A stretch of 63,546 nt of DNA, filler included, from Kipferlia bialata (GCA_003568945.1; 7 parts of 6 records of this genome joined end to end with filler, not necessarily neighbours in it); one strand, 5' to 3'; shown: positions 26,153-38,328, counted from the first letter of the whole stretch. Numbers and translations: made by a program. The notes: generated by a model from the letters alone, not told the origin.

Positions 26153-29100
26153 ATATGCTAGTATTGTGTATAGAGACAATACACATTGACAAACTGAAGC
26201 CTCTGCCCTGCCTGGGGGTAGGGGGAATACTATACACATACATGTATATATATGTTCATATATATACATATATATATATATATACTAGGCCTAGTAGTGT
26301 GTATAGAGACAATACTCATACACTAACTGAAACCTGCCCTGCCTGGGGTCAACAAAGTATATATTCATACAACATATCCAATATTGTGATTTCACTCTGT
26401 ATTAGTCACTGTAACCATACCTCCCATATGACACTGCCATGTCCCTGGTCCTCTCCATAGGTATACACTATACATACCATACATACTATCTGTACATACT
26501 ATCACATACACAATAGAGTACTTATTATATATACACTGTATGCACTACCTCCCATATGACACTGCCATGTCTCTGGTCCTCTCCCTTGTATCCCTAGTGG
26601 CCAGGGCCCTGAGGGTTAGAAAAGAGAAATAAATACATCAATACAGTATAATAAATAATAGCCAAAGAATATGAGAGAGAGAGAGAGAAGAAGGTGAGAG
26701 ACTCTCCCTTGTATCCCGGGTGGCCAGGGCCCTGAGGGGTTAGGTATAATTAGTTATAGTGATAGTGACAGAGAGAGAGAGAATGACACTCCCTTGTGTC
26801 CGTGGTGGCTTATGCCTTAGGGTAAGGGGTACCAGAAAAATATACGTATAGACATATATCATTGTACAATGTGTATCTGGATGTTACATTGCCATACCTT
26901 GTGAATCTGGGTGCACCCCCATACACATATTTACATATATATATACCTACAATGTATATATACACCACACTATATATACAATACTAATACTCCATACACT
27001 GTGTAGTATATTTACATGACACATATACACCCTATACCTTGTGAATGATGACAGCATGGACTGGGTGGGTGCACCCTCATATACCTCNNNNNNNNNNNNN
27101 NNNNNNNNNNNNNNNNNNNNNNNNNNNNNNNNNNNNNNNNNNNNNNNNNNNNNNNNNNNNNNNNNNNNNNNNNNNNNNNNNNNNNNNNNNNNNNNNNNNN
27201 NNNNNNNNNNNNNNNNNNNNNNNNNNNNNNNNNNNNNNNNNNNNNNNNNNNNNNNNNNNNNNNNNNNNNNNNNNNNNNNNNNNNNNNNNNNNNNNNNNNN
27301 NNNNNNNNNNNNNNNNNNNNNNNNNNNNTACCCAATATACCTTGTGAATGATGACAGCATGGACTGGGTGGGTGCACCCTCATCCCTCACAGTGCCAGGG
27401 ATGGAACACATCTGGAGTGTCAGACAGATATATATATACATATATATGAATGGTGATATAGATATATACATATCTGGGGGCAGTGCCAGGGATGGAACAC
27501 ATCTAGGGGTGAGAGAGGTGCATATCAAGAAGCATATATACTATATTTATACCACATACTATATGTAGATGTGCATACTCATCTGGAGTGTCAGACTGGG
27601 GAGTATATTAGCATATATACTACATTCTCATATAAACATATATCACTAGAGGCAGTGCCAGGGATGGAGCACATATGATAGTGGGAGTCTATGCATAGTA
27701 ATACAATGTGAGACACAATACCTGGTATGATCGACGTGTGGCCCAGCTCAATTCGTTTCTGGAGGTGAGGAGGTAAGGAAAGAGAGACAGAGAAGAAGAA
27801 ATGAACAAAAACTAAACAGAGAGGGTAGTTTTGTGCTGAACGTAGATTCGACGGTATTAGGGAGGTAAAGAAAGAGAGAGAGAGGGAGAGAATACCTCAG
27901 TGTTGTCATTATGTCAGGTGGGTACTCAAACACTGGTCTCCACTCTGCCCTGCTGCCAGTCTCAACTGGGATAAAAGGGTGTAGAGAGAGAGAGAAAGGG
28001 TGTAGAGGGAGAGAGAGAAATAATATATCGCTATTTAGTATCGATAAGACACTGGTCTCCACTCTGCCCTGCTGCCAGTCTCAACTGGATGGTAAAAGGG
28101 TGTAGGGGGAGAGAGGGGGGTAGGGAGAGAGATAGATACTAAAACATACACACTAAACTTACCTCCTGTGCCAGCCGATGACTGCATGCCAAAGACGGTG
28201 CCGCCTGGGGGTGAATAAGGGTGAAGATAGGGGGAGAGAGAGAGAGAGACATGCCAAAGACAGTGCTGCCTGGGGGTGAATAAGGGTCTAGATGAAGAGA
28301 GAGAGAGAGATATGTATATATGATACACATACCCTGTTCCTCATCGAAGTATGCCCCACCCCACATGCCTAACTGCTGGTTGGCCTGGGTATTAAGGGTG
28401 TAGGAGGAGAGAGAGAGAGAGACCAACGTCCATGAGGCAGTGACAATAAGGGTATAGACAGAGAGAGAGACAGAGAGAGAGAGACAGAGAGAGAGAAAAA
28501 GAGAGATTCACTAACCTCCATGTGGGCCAGAGTGCCAGCCATGCCCACATTGCATATGGTGGCACCTGGGAATAAGGGGCTAGAGGGAGAGAGAAACTCA
28601 GGGAGAGAGAGACTACGTGTGTGTGTGTGTTTATGCCAACATAGGTGGTGAAAAGGATGAAAGGGAGAGAGTACCTCCAGGTGATCCATCTATGTTTAGA
28701 AATATGGGGCTAGAAAGATAGAGAGAGAGAGAGAGAGAGTACCTCCTGGGGATCCATCTGGGTACAGACTCTGGGACATGCCTGGGAATGAGGGAGATTT
28801 ATATATGTATATATATATTTATTTACACCAGTGACTGGTGACCAGTCACATCCAATTCATACTTGTGCGTATGTGTGCATATGATTACATTGTTGTGAAA
28901 GGAACTATATACCTTGACGCTCATCCGGCTGTGGTGCCTGGGGCGCTGATACATGTTACTATAAACACTATATATGATATTGATATATTATATTTAGTAT
29001 ACACTATACATATAAATATATACATTAATGTCATACCTTGACACTCATCTGGCTGAGGGGCCTGCGGCGCCGATATAGAAACCTGGGGGTGAATGATATA

Positions 29101-29207
29101 TATATATATAAATATATATCTATATGGCATTGCGGTCATTTGTGATCATTGTATATCGGAAATACAATTGTGGGAACGTTGTCCCCAGCAGTCTGATTCT
29201 GACCAAT

Positions 29208-29242
<35 letters not shown>

Positions 29243-29550
29243 CTTCTACTAACCTATACACTTATATACTGTATACCTTGTATACAATTGCAGGGGGGAA
29301 CGTTGTCCCCAGCAGTCTGATTCTGACCAAGAGCTCTCTCTCTCTCTCTCTCTCCCTCTGTCTCGATATGCCTCATACATATATATATACTGCACATTAT
29401 ACACAATGGCAGGTGGGAACGTTGTGCCTAGCAGTCTGATTCTGACCAATATCTCTTTCTGTACTATTGTATATATATATGTATACTATATACCTTGTAT
29501 ACAATTGCGGGTGGGAACGTTGTGCCTAGCAGTCTGATTCTGACCAATAG

Positions 29551-29582
<32 letters not shown>

Positions 29583-30032
29583 ATACTTCTACTACCTATA
29601 CACATATATACTGAATACCTTATATACAATGGCAGGTGGGAATGTTGTCCCCAGCAGTCTGATTCTGACCAATATCCCTTTCTGTACTATTGTATATATA
29701 TATATGTATACTATATACCTTGTACACAATAGCAGGAGGGAACGTTGTGCCTAGCAGTCTGATTCTGACCAATCTCTCTCTCTCTCTCTCTCTCTCTATA
29801 CTTCTATCAACCTATACACATACATATTGTATACCTTATACACTATAGCAGGGGGGAACGTTGTCCCTAGCAGTCTGATTCTGACCAATCTCTCTCTCTC
29901 TCTCTCTCTCTCTATACTATTATATACATGCATTATATACCTTATACACTATGGCAGGTGGGAACGTTGTCCCCAGCAGTCTGATCCTGACCAATAGCTC
30001 CTGGACAGCCCAGTCAATGCAGTCAGCAGCAG
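24150..30032 (-). CDS. Unknown protein encoded by 13 or more short exons (about 37-92 nt) in echo-filled introns; both ends off contig
   Basis: Consecutive exons join in frame: AAADCIDWAVQELLVRIRLLGTTFPPAIVYK|VSISAPQAPQPDECQ|GMSQSLYPDGSPG|GATICNVGMAGTLAHME|ANQQLGMWGGAYFDEEQ|GGTVFGMQSSAGTG|VETGSRAEWRPVFEYPPDIMTTLR|NELSWATRRSYQ|MCSIPG... Confidence 0.7.
29165..29940 (-). repeat. Tandem array of 7 partial copies of the 3' half of exon 29941-30032 (most with the donor), separated by (TA)n/(GA)n
   Basis: Core GGGAACGTTGT(C/G)CC(C/T)AGCAGTCTGATTCTGACCAA at about 29172, 29296, 29415, 29513, 29638, 29738 and 29854. Confidence 0.95.
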
Positions 30033-31037
30033 CTGAGGGTAAAAGGGGTGTAGAGGGAGAGAGAAAAGGGTGTAGAGAGAGAGAGAGAGAGAGCTCCTGG
30101 ACAGCCCAGTCAATGCAGTCAGCAGCAGCTGATGGTAAGAAGGGGTATAGATAAAGAGGGAGGGAGAAAGTGGTGTAGAGAGAGAGATATATAGAGAGAG
30201 GAGAGCTGTGTCAATGCAGTCAGTGGTAGTATTCGTATAATGAACACTGCATACACCACTATATATGCCAGGGTCAATCACTAGCATAGTAAATCTCTCT
30301 CCCTCAAAGCCCCCCCCCCCCCCCCCCCCACCCCCCCCCCCTTTTNNNNNNNNNNNNNNNNNNNNNNNNNNNNNNNNNNNNNNNNNNNNTTAATTAATTA
30401 ANNNNNNNNNNNNNNNNNNNNNNNNNNNNNNNNNNNNNNNNNNNNGTGCCCCATCCCACCACCCCCCCACCCCCCCCCCCCCCCACCTCTATGTCCTCAT
30501 GTGCATATGACACCATCCTCACAAGGGCGTTCTCCATCCAAGGGGCAATGCGGTTGCCTGAGGGGAGAATCTATCTAAACATCACATACCCATCAACACT
30601 GGGGCACCAACCATCCACCCTATGACCCACACCCACACCCACCCATGTAGGACTGAATACCCGTGTGCTGATGCTTGTCCATAGCAAGGGTCCCACTGAT
30701 ACTGACAGTGTGTATTAATAGTGGAACCCAAGGAGAAGCCGTCGAGGTGATCGTTTGTTACTTGATCATTCCCCGGCACCCTTAGATCTACTCTCAAAGT
30801 GACTCAGTCACTGTGACTGTGGCTTTCTGCCTGTATCGCAGGTACACACCAACATCTAGGAAGAAGGCACCTACCCTCGGCCTCTGAATAGACAGGGACC
30901 CCCATTCAAACAACCAACACATAATTGACACTATCTATACACTGATATACAAACTCGAAGACGATAAACGAAAACATAGAAAGACTGCCTCCCACCGAAA
31001 TGGATATCAGGACTCAGGGCAATGTCCTAACAATGTA

Positions 31038-32473
31038 CTACGGCATACACTCTGCGTGCACCCACACCCCTCTCTCCCCCCTGGCGTCACTGACGGCCAG
31101 CACCGACAGGGGCAGGTTGTGTACACTGAGCAGTGTGGTGGGGAAGAGGGGAAGGGCCGAGACAGAGTCCGGCTGGTTGCTCCATAGCACTGCTGAGGCG
31201 TATCTAGCCTCTGGACTATCCTCCATGGATGTGTCCCCCATATCTAGGCACTCATCGGTATGATGTACAAGGGAACATGCCACACCTCCCACCGAGGGTA
31301 TGCCCCTGAGGATACTGCCACACACAGCACAGGGGGTGCTAGGGGTCAGGGGGGGGGGGAGACGTAGTAGAAGAATATGGAAATACAAATGTATAGTATA
31401 CAGGATAGATACACTGTACCTGGGCACTGTGGAGCATGCTATGAAGACACCCAGCATACACCTCATGCGTAGGGCTGCAGCCACCCTGCCGTCCAGCACC
31501 CCCCCTGCTGCCTGGGAGGTGAGCGCAGCACACACAGACTCAACAAGGGCTGTGGCTACAGGCTGTAGGAGGGAGGACAGGGGAGGGGCGTCAGAGTATC
31601 GCTCAGTCATGCGGGGTGTGTGAGGGGGAGAGTGGAGGGTCAGACCCACTGGCCGGTAGGGCTTCTTCCCATCTGGTCCCAGGGAGAGTGTGATTGTGCC
31701 GCAGAGAGTGGATGCCGCAAGAGAGACCCCTGCCAGTGTGTCCTCCACCAGTGGGACACGGCCTGGCTTGGTATCGGGTACATCAGAGTCCTCGTCCTGG
31801 GGGGAGAGGGGGGGGGGGTATTAGTATCTGTATATGAATCTAGAGAGGATAGACAGTAGGAGAAGGGGGGAGGGGGGGGTATCGCTGATGGGATTCATTC
31901 TGTATGTATATATGTGTGTGTGACTGTCCCTCACCTCCGACTCCGATATCCCCCCCTCATAGTCTGTGGGTTCATCACTGCTGGACACCTCGTGGTTCAG
32001 GTCAGCCTGGGGGTAGGGGAGGGGCGTAGACAATAGCATACATGGGTGTCAGGCTAATGAGAACAGAAGGATTATCCCGGTGTGGTCTCTCCTCTCCATA
32101 CCTTGACTGTAGCCCGTCTGATGCTGGCCATCAGAGAGTCCAGACGCTCAAAGGTGGTTGCATTCCGACCATCCCCCTCTCCCACAGCCCCCTCCCCGTC
32201 CTGTGTGGGTATAGCGGACCACAGCGGTGTGAAGGACACGCTGCACAGGTCAGACAGTGCCACGAGGTACTGGGCAAGGAGATCACTGGGGTGAGGGGAG
32301 GGGGATATATGATGCAGTTAAAGAGATACAAGGAACATACTATATGTGAACTGGAAGTGTGGAGACAACTAGAGGGGGAAAGAGAGAGTTGAAGACACGT
32401 CCAACATGTCAGGTCATTTGACTCACTTTCGATCCAGATGGCCCGGCTGGAATCGCCGCAGATAGTCCTGCAT
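31038..32473 (-). CDS. Divergent Mediator subunit MED27-like protein (tentative)
   Basis: Spliced C-terminus ..MLGVFIACSTVPSTPCAVCGSIL...GVWVHAECMP* has the terminal pCxxCGxxL...HxxC zinc-site pattern of MED27. First exons uncertain. Confidence 0.35.
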
Positions 32474-32679
32474 CTGTGCACTAATAGGTATGTGCTCCAT
32501 CACGCCTCTCCCCCACCCCAGGCGGTCAAGGATGCAAGAGGTAAGAGGAGCTACGCTCTCTACCCAATTCGGGTTGTGTGTCATGTCAAAACGGAACAAA
32601 TCTCAGACCCGGTCGCCAGGTCCCAACTTCTCAGACATAGTGGTCACAGAACCGGCCATAGTGCACCATCCAATCTGAA

Positions 32680-34794
32680 ATGGAACCGGAAGACCCAGGT
32701 TCCGCGTCCCTTTGGGATATGGACCTCAAAAGTGCGGAATTCTCGCCTGGAGTCGCTAAAGGAGCATCCAACATGCTTTCCCAGAGCGCCCCGGTGTCCC
32801 CTTCGCCTCAAGGGTACCATAGCGCCGGCCAGGCTCCTCTGCACTACAACAGGGCCGTGTTTTCTGCACTGAACATGATGCAGAAGAACCTGTACCACCA
32901 CGCTCTGGTTGAGGCCCGCCTTACCATCAGCAGCGACGGCTGGATCCCCCTGGGCCAGGTCAGCGATGTCACAGGCGTCAGCCGCAGTGATATTGTATCC
33001 ACGATCCTGGCAGACCGTAACAGGACCTACGAGCTGGAAGAGGGTCACAATGGTATGGATTTTCACTCTGTCCAGTCTCATACCCTGCCCACTGTTTGGT
33101 TGCTTATGTTACCTCTGCATAGATATTGGACTCGAGAGGTACCTCTTGTGTGATAATTGGTATTGGAGTTGGATTTACCCCCCTACCTATGCCTCTCACC
33201 CTAGGCCTGAGGCTTAACATGGCATCCCACCTGCAGAGGTGGGGGGGACGGGGCCAGGTGCCCCCCATTGTGTACTTCTATGCACCCCTCAAGCGGGTCG
33301 GCATGCTGGTCCACAAGGGAATCACCCCCTCCCCCCTCAACCGCCAGCTGATCCTGCTGCACCACTCCCCTTCACCCCCCGCAGACTCGGTTGCTCTCCC
33401 CATCCACACCCACCTTCTGCCCTCCTGTGCCGCCTCCAGCCGTGACCCCACAGTGGTCCTGGCCACAGAGGTCCCAGTCAGGTGGGGAGGTTGATGTATC
33501 ATGCACTACCTTGGGGTGTCATGAGGGACAGATCGTCTATCATTCATATTGTGCATGAATAATCATGAACACACAAGATATTTATGTGTGTGTATAAGTT
33601 CTCTGCAGTTCTGGTTGCCCTTGAACTCACCGCAGGGCCATTGACCTAGAGATTGCACCTGGTCAGCTCCTGCCCTTCTTCGAGGCAGTCTGCCCATACA
33701 GGTACTATGTTACTACTCATACTTGCTAAATGTGGTTACTGGTGTACTATCCGTGTATTTTGTGTTTCTGTCCATATTTCCAGTGTCATTGTTTCCCTAA
33801 ATCCTAGGTTATATGTATGTGTATACTTGCAGTATGCTTCCCGACTTCCATATCCCCACACGTCTCTCTCTGTCTTACCCCCAGACTCCTTATTGTGGTT
33901 ATGGGTCATGCATGCTACTCGCTCTACTCCGTGTCCCGCCCTCTGGCTGCCCCTGCCCCCCTCACCCCTGTGTGTGAGCTTGTCCCCCCCCATGTCCTCC
34001 TCCACTGGCTGTGTGCATGGTACCCCCACAACGTGTACAAGTCCCTGGTAGAAGGGGACTCCATCATGTACCACACCCTCCTGGTAGGGTGTGATGTGGA
34101 CAGTGTGGTGGATGCCTTGTCCACCCTTGCCAACTGTGCCGCAGAGGCTGTCAGGGAGAGTGGTCTGGAGGACGCCCGCCACCGCGTGCCCGACCTGTTC
34201 CTCAACGTGGTCCCTGACGCCCTGACCACTGGCCCCGACCCCCTGGATAGGCTGCACTCCCTGCACGACGCCAACACCCTCGGCTGCAACCTGCGCTTCC
34301 CCAACACGACCACCCCCCTCGACCCAGGTGTGCCCTGTGAGGTGGGGGGCAGTGGAGAGCCCGCCAGCTGGGAGCCAGTCGTCAGCCTCCCCGGCACATG
34401 GGTGGATGCGGAGGACGTGCCCCCTCCCCCTGCCTCATGTCCCGAGCCCAGGGAGACACGGGTGGTGTCCTGGAACGTACTGTCCAATGCCGGTATCACC
34501 ATGCCGGACATCTTCCTCGGTGCCTCGAGGCGTCCCTTCCTGGCCAGGGCTAGGTCCCACAAGGTCCGGTCCATCATCCTAGAGTCAGGTGCAGACATTG
34601 TGGGTCTGCAGGAGACAGGCAGCGACCTGCCCCTCTTCGCCCACCTCCGTGACAACGGGTTTGCAGCATCCTATGCCGATAGGCCATGCTCCAGTGACGG
34701 GAGTGTGTTCCCAGTAGGAGTGGCACTAGCCTGGAAGAAGGGTGCGACATGTGTATATGTCCCCATCACTCTATGTATTGTTATCTTTCTTATC

Positions 34795-34833
<39 letters not shown>

Positions 34834-35905
34834 CCCCCTTCTGACCCCAGCCCGGTACTCCAAGGAGGAGGAGGAGGTCATCAACATGGAGTGCCTGTCG
34901 GACAGACACACCCTCGAGGGTGTACTAGGGTGCAACCTGGACCACGTCTCTCCCTCGGACCTCAAGCGCTTCCACAGATACAACAGAGGCCTCATCCTCC
35001 GTCTCAAGTGCAGGGAGACCGGGCTCATGCTCATAGTGGGTATGTGGGAGTATGTCTCTCTCTCTCTCTCTCTATGCATATATACCCCTCGTGTTCTCAC
35101 CCCAGGCTGTGCCCATCTGCAGTGGGACCCCTGCCTGGTGCCTGTCAAGGTGTCCCAGGTGGCCCTTGTCCTACAGAGGATGCACCAGATGGGCCAGGCA
35201 GAGCTGCAGAGGCAGGAGAGTGGCGAGGAGGAGACGGCCAAGGGAGTGCGCTACATCCTGCTGGGTGACTTCAACGCAGAGCCCGACACCGTCACCAGGC
35301 GCTACATCACTGCGAGGGAGCCTGTTGACATTGCGTCCTACCTGTCTGTGGCCAAGAGCCACTGCGAGTTCCAGCACGACAACACATCGGGCTACAACAT
35401 GGACTGCTCGGCCTTCTTCCGCACCCCCCTGCGCCCCCCGGCCATAGCCCTGACCTCTAGCTACTCGCACTCCTCCCCCGCTGTCTGCACACCCGTGTCT
35501 GACAGGCTGGACTGCGGGGACGCCTCTCTCCCCAACCCCATCTGCTGCAACGAGCCCTACGCCACTACCCGCCACCGCACATTCACCGGCACCCTCGACT
35601 ATGTGTTTGTGGGCGAGGAGGTTGCTGTCAAGCGGCTGATGAGTGTACCCTGTCTGTCTGACAGCTACATACCCGACATGGGGTGCCCCTCAGACCATCT
35701 GCCCATAGGCGCCACACTCACCTTCGGAGTGGGGCAGGAGCCCGCCCCCTCTCCCCCCACCCCACCCCCCAAGCCCCGGCCTGTCTCCCCTGTCCCTGCT
35801 AGACTGGAGCCCACCCCTGAGCCTACCCTGCAGTTCAAGAGGCCCACGCCCCCTAAGAGACAGAGTGTGTGGGTGGCGATGGATGTCGACAAGACAAAGG
35901 GCTGA
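32680..35905 (+). CDS. Fusion protein: degenerate Tpt1/KptA (tRNA 2'-phosphotransferase)-like domain + unknown linker + CCR4/Angel-family EEP phosphoesterase, 853 aa
   Basis: Exons 32680-33052, 33205-33481, 33636-33701, 33885-34741, 34851-35039 and 35106-35905 sum to 2562 nt, in frame, all GT-AG. EEP motifs SWNVL, GLQET, HLQWDP..VK..Q, LLGDFNAEP, FTGTLDYVF, PSDHLPI. N-terminus LYHHA..L.ISSDGWIPL...DIV..I..DRNRTYEL....LRLNMASH...VLATEVP follows Tpt1 spacing. Confidence 0.75.
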
Positions 35906-36191
35906 GGGGGGAGAGAGGGTCGCAGTACCCATTTCACACACTCTCTCCATCATGGCACAGTGACCAAGAACAACAAAAACAAAAAGAAAGGAAGGAAGAA
36001 GACAAAAAGAAACAGTCTGTTGCAGAATAGACTTTGACCCAATCCTGTTGTGTGTTAGTAGTGTTACACTAGTTGGTACTAAGTATCTTGACCATCTTGA
36101 CACTGCTGACGTATTTATGGAAAGGGCGACCCTGGCATTAGGGCCATCATATGTGGTAGAAATATTGCTTCGGGATAAGCATATGTCAGTG

Positions 36192-36788
36192 TTACATATC
36201 CTCGAAGAATGCTGTGCGTGTTGCCCTCCGTCTGTCCTTGCCCTTCTCCTTGGCCAGCACCCTCTTGGCCCTCCTGCCCTTCTCTGACACTATGCCGGCC
36301 CTGGGGTGAGGTGGGGGGGGGGTAAGTAGTAGGTACTGCACTATATACACCCTACACTACCTAGCTCTCTTGACTGGTTCATCTGAGGCATCGTCTCTGA
36401 GGAAGGGGAGGTACCACAACTGGGATGAGACGGGGTGTGAGGATGAGACCTTCCATATATACCATACACCGCTACCCACCTTTGCCACGTGACTGTGTGC
36501 TGTGGTCACCATGGCACAACCATCCGAGGATAGACAGATGGAGGTCACGGGGAGCTGACCCTAGAGATGAGGGGAGAAGGTGACAGAACTCTAACGCTAC
36601 ATACGGAATGAAACAGAACACATTTTAGAACACCCATGTGAATACTGGTATGAGAACATATCGTGTGTGCGTGTAGTATACCTCGTGTACGCATGGTGTG
36701 CCAATGATCCTGTTGGGGCATATCTGCACCAGCCTCACACACCCGTCAAAGCACCCCAGCAGCAGAGTGGCCTCATCGGCCATGCACA
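36192..36788 (-). CDS. WDR55: 3' exons of WD40 protein WDR55/Jip5 (ribosome biogenesis)
   Basis: LLLGCFDGCVRLVQICPNRIIGTPCVHE|GQLPVTSICLSSDG..TTAHSHVAK|LW...TAFFEDM* matches WDR55 (TGSTDGVIRAVNILPNRVVG..GQH..EPV...HDQ.LKFW...FF..L). Confidence 0.75.
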
Positions 36789-37141
36789 CTGGGGTAAGGG
36801 GGGGGGGGGGGGGGGGGGGCGCCCAAAAAAAAAATATACTNNNNNNNNNNNNNNNNNNNNNNNNNNNNNNNNNNNNNNNNNNNNTTAATTAATTAANNNN
36901 NNNNNNNNNNNNNNNNNNNNNNNNNNNNNNNNNNNNNNNNCTTGTGGGAGAGGGCCTTCCCCCCCCCCCCCCCCCCCGCTTCCCTTGTCAGGCAATAGCT
37001 AGATCTGCTCTTTGGTACACCGCTGCTTCACTTACATACTATCACATATATATTTGTGTCAGTATGTAGGATATGACATGTAGGGGACACAAAGAATATA
37101 GAGAGGAATATGCTGTGCCATACATAGTTATGACATGTGTA

Positions 37142-38328
37142 CGAGTCCAGAATTTTGAAAGGGTCCAGTTTTTCGAGACTCAATCTTAATTCCGGTCAAA
37201 GAACTAAAAGTCGAGTGTTTAATTCTTAATGTCGACGCCAGTATGAGGAGTAAGTTTTGAGACCTTGAATTATGGTCTACTTTATTGGTTAGGATTTAGC
37301 TGGTTTTAGACGATGCTTCTATCATTATCTAGTTTATCCAGCGGTTTTTTTTCTAATTTCTCGCTCTGATTCCAATATTAGTCCGCCTAGGGACGAAGAA
37401 GACAATATTCGGTCTCTTTAGGAGTGTTTTGTATCTAACACAGTCTTGGTAACAGACCTATTGGGTACACCTACCACAACTTCAACAAGAACTTCATGAA
37501 GTTTTCACAAGAATTCATGTCAAGTTTGACAGCCTGATTCAGATCCTGAATCTGTGCCCAAAAAGGGTTCGTTCCGTTTCATTCTTTTTCTCTGCAATTG
37601 CAGACTGCAATCCATGAGACTCAGGACTTATTAATACGACTGGGCCTAGTAATATGGATAGACAATAATTATATTATTAGTCAAAGCCTCCTTCGAGATA
37701 GACATCGTAGAAACAAACTGAGACATTTATGCTGGGACGGCCAGGCTGGGACCCCCAAATAAGTGACTCTACTGAGCCTACTGAGAACAGCAGGCGTAGA
37801 CAGGGTCTGGATAAAAGTATTACTTTGGTTACATCGACTTTCCATGGAACTGTGAAACTCATCAGAGTAGCATAATATCAAGCAAGAGCAAATTATCAAA
37901 TACCTAATCATTATACTAGGCCTAGATCAAAGCCAAATACTACTAGTAAATCATAAAACTGGATGAAATAAGATCTGAGATATACTTGAAATGATTGCTG
38001 GAGAATAGACCCATTTACTTTTGTACTACTGATACTCCGCACTTTTGGTATACACTAAACAAGTCACTAATAGCATAGGGACCTTCAATACCCAATTACT
38101 TGTTGGCTTGATCTCCGACAGAATGTTGGTTTCAGAATTTGATATATTCAAATCGTACAGATTCCAATATTATCCTCCTACAACTAGTATAAGTATCAGT
38201 ATCAGTATCAGTATCAGTCATCGTCGACATTAACTAAAATGTCATTAAGAACTATACACTCGACTGTATTTTGACTGGAAAACTGAGATTGAGTTCGAAA
38301 AACTGGACCCTTACAAAATCTGTACTCA
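37142..38328. mobile_element. Non-autonomous Tc1/mariner-type element, about 1.19 kb, TA target duplication
   Basis: Imperfect TIRs of about 47 bp: CGAGTCCAGAATTTTGAAAGGGTCCAGTTTTTCGAGACTCAATCT vs reverse complement TGAGTACAGATTTTGTAAGGGTCCAGTTTTTCGAACTCAATCT. TA at 37140-41 and 38329-30. AT-rich interior without a long ORF. Confidence 0.8.

Noticed and set aside
25898..26460. YIYIYI/ERERER/SLSLSL-rich ORFs in the ORF track
   Set aside because: Translations of (TA)n and (GA)n intronic microsatellites.
29165..29990. CRISPR-like repeat-spacer appearance
   Set aside because: Repeats are copies of a coding exon end, spacers are microsatellites, the context is eukaryotic and no cas genes are present.
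30487..30700. Minus-strand exons at the start of contig 4 (GNRIAPWMENALVRMVSYAHEDIE)
   Set aside because: Probably a real gene start, but too fragmentary to model or name.
33924..34655. Long antisense ORFs overlapping real exons (also 9775-10359, 48272-48883)
   Set aside because: Expected shadow ORFs of GC3-rich coding sequence.
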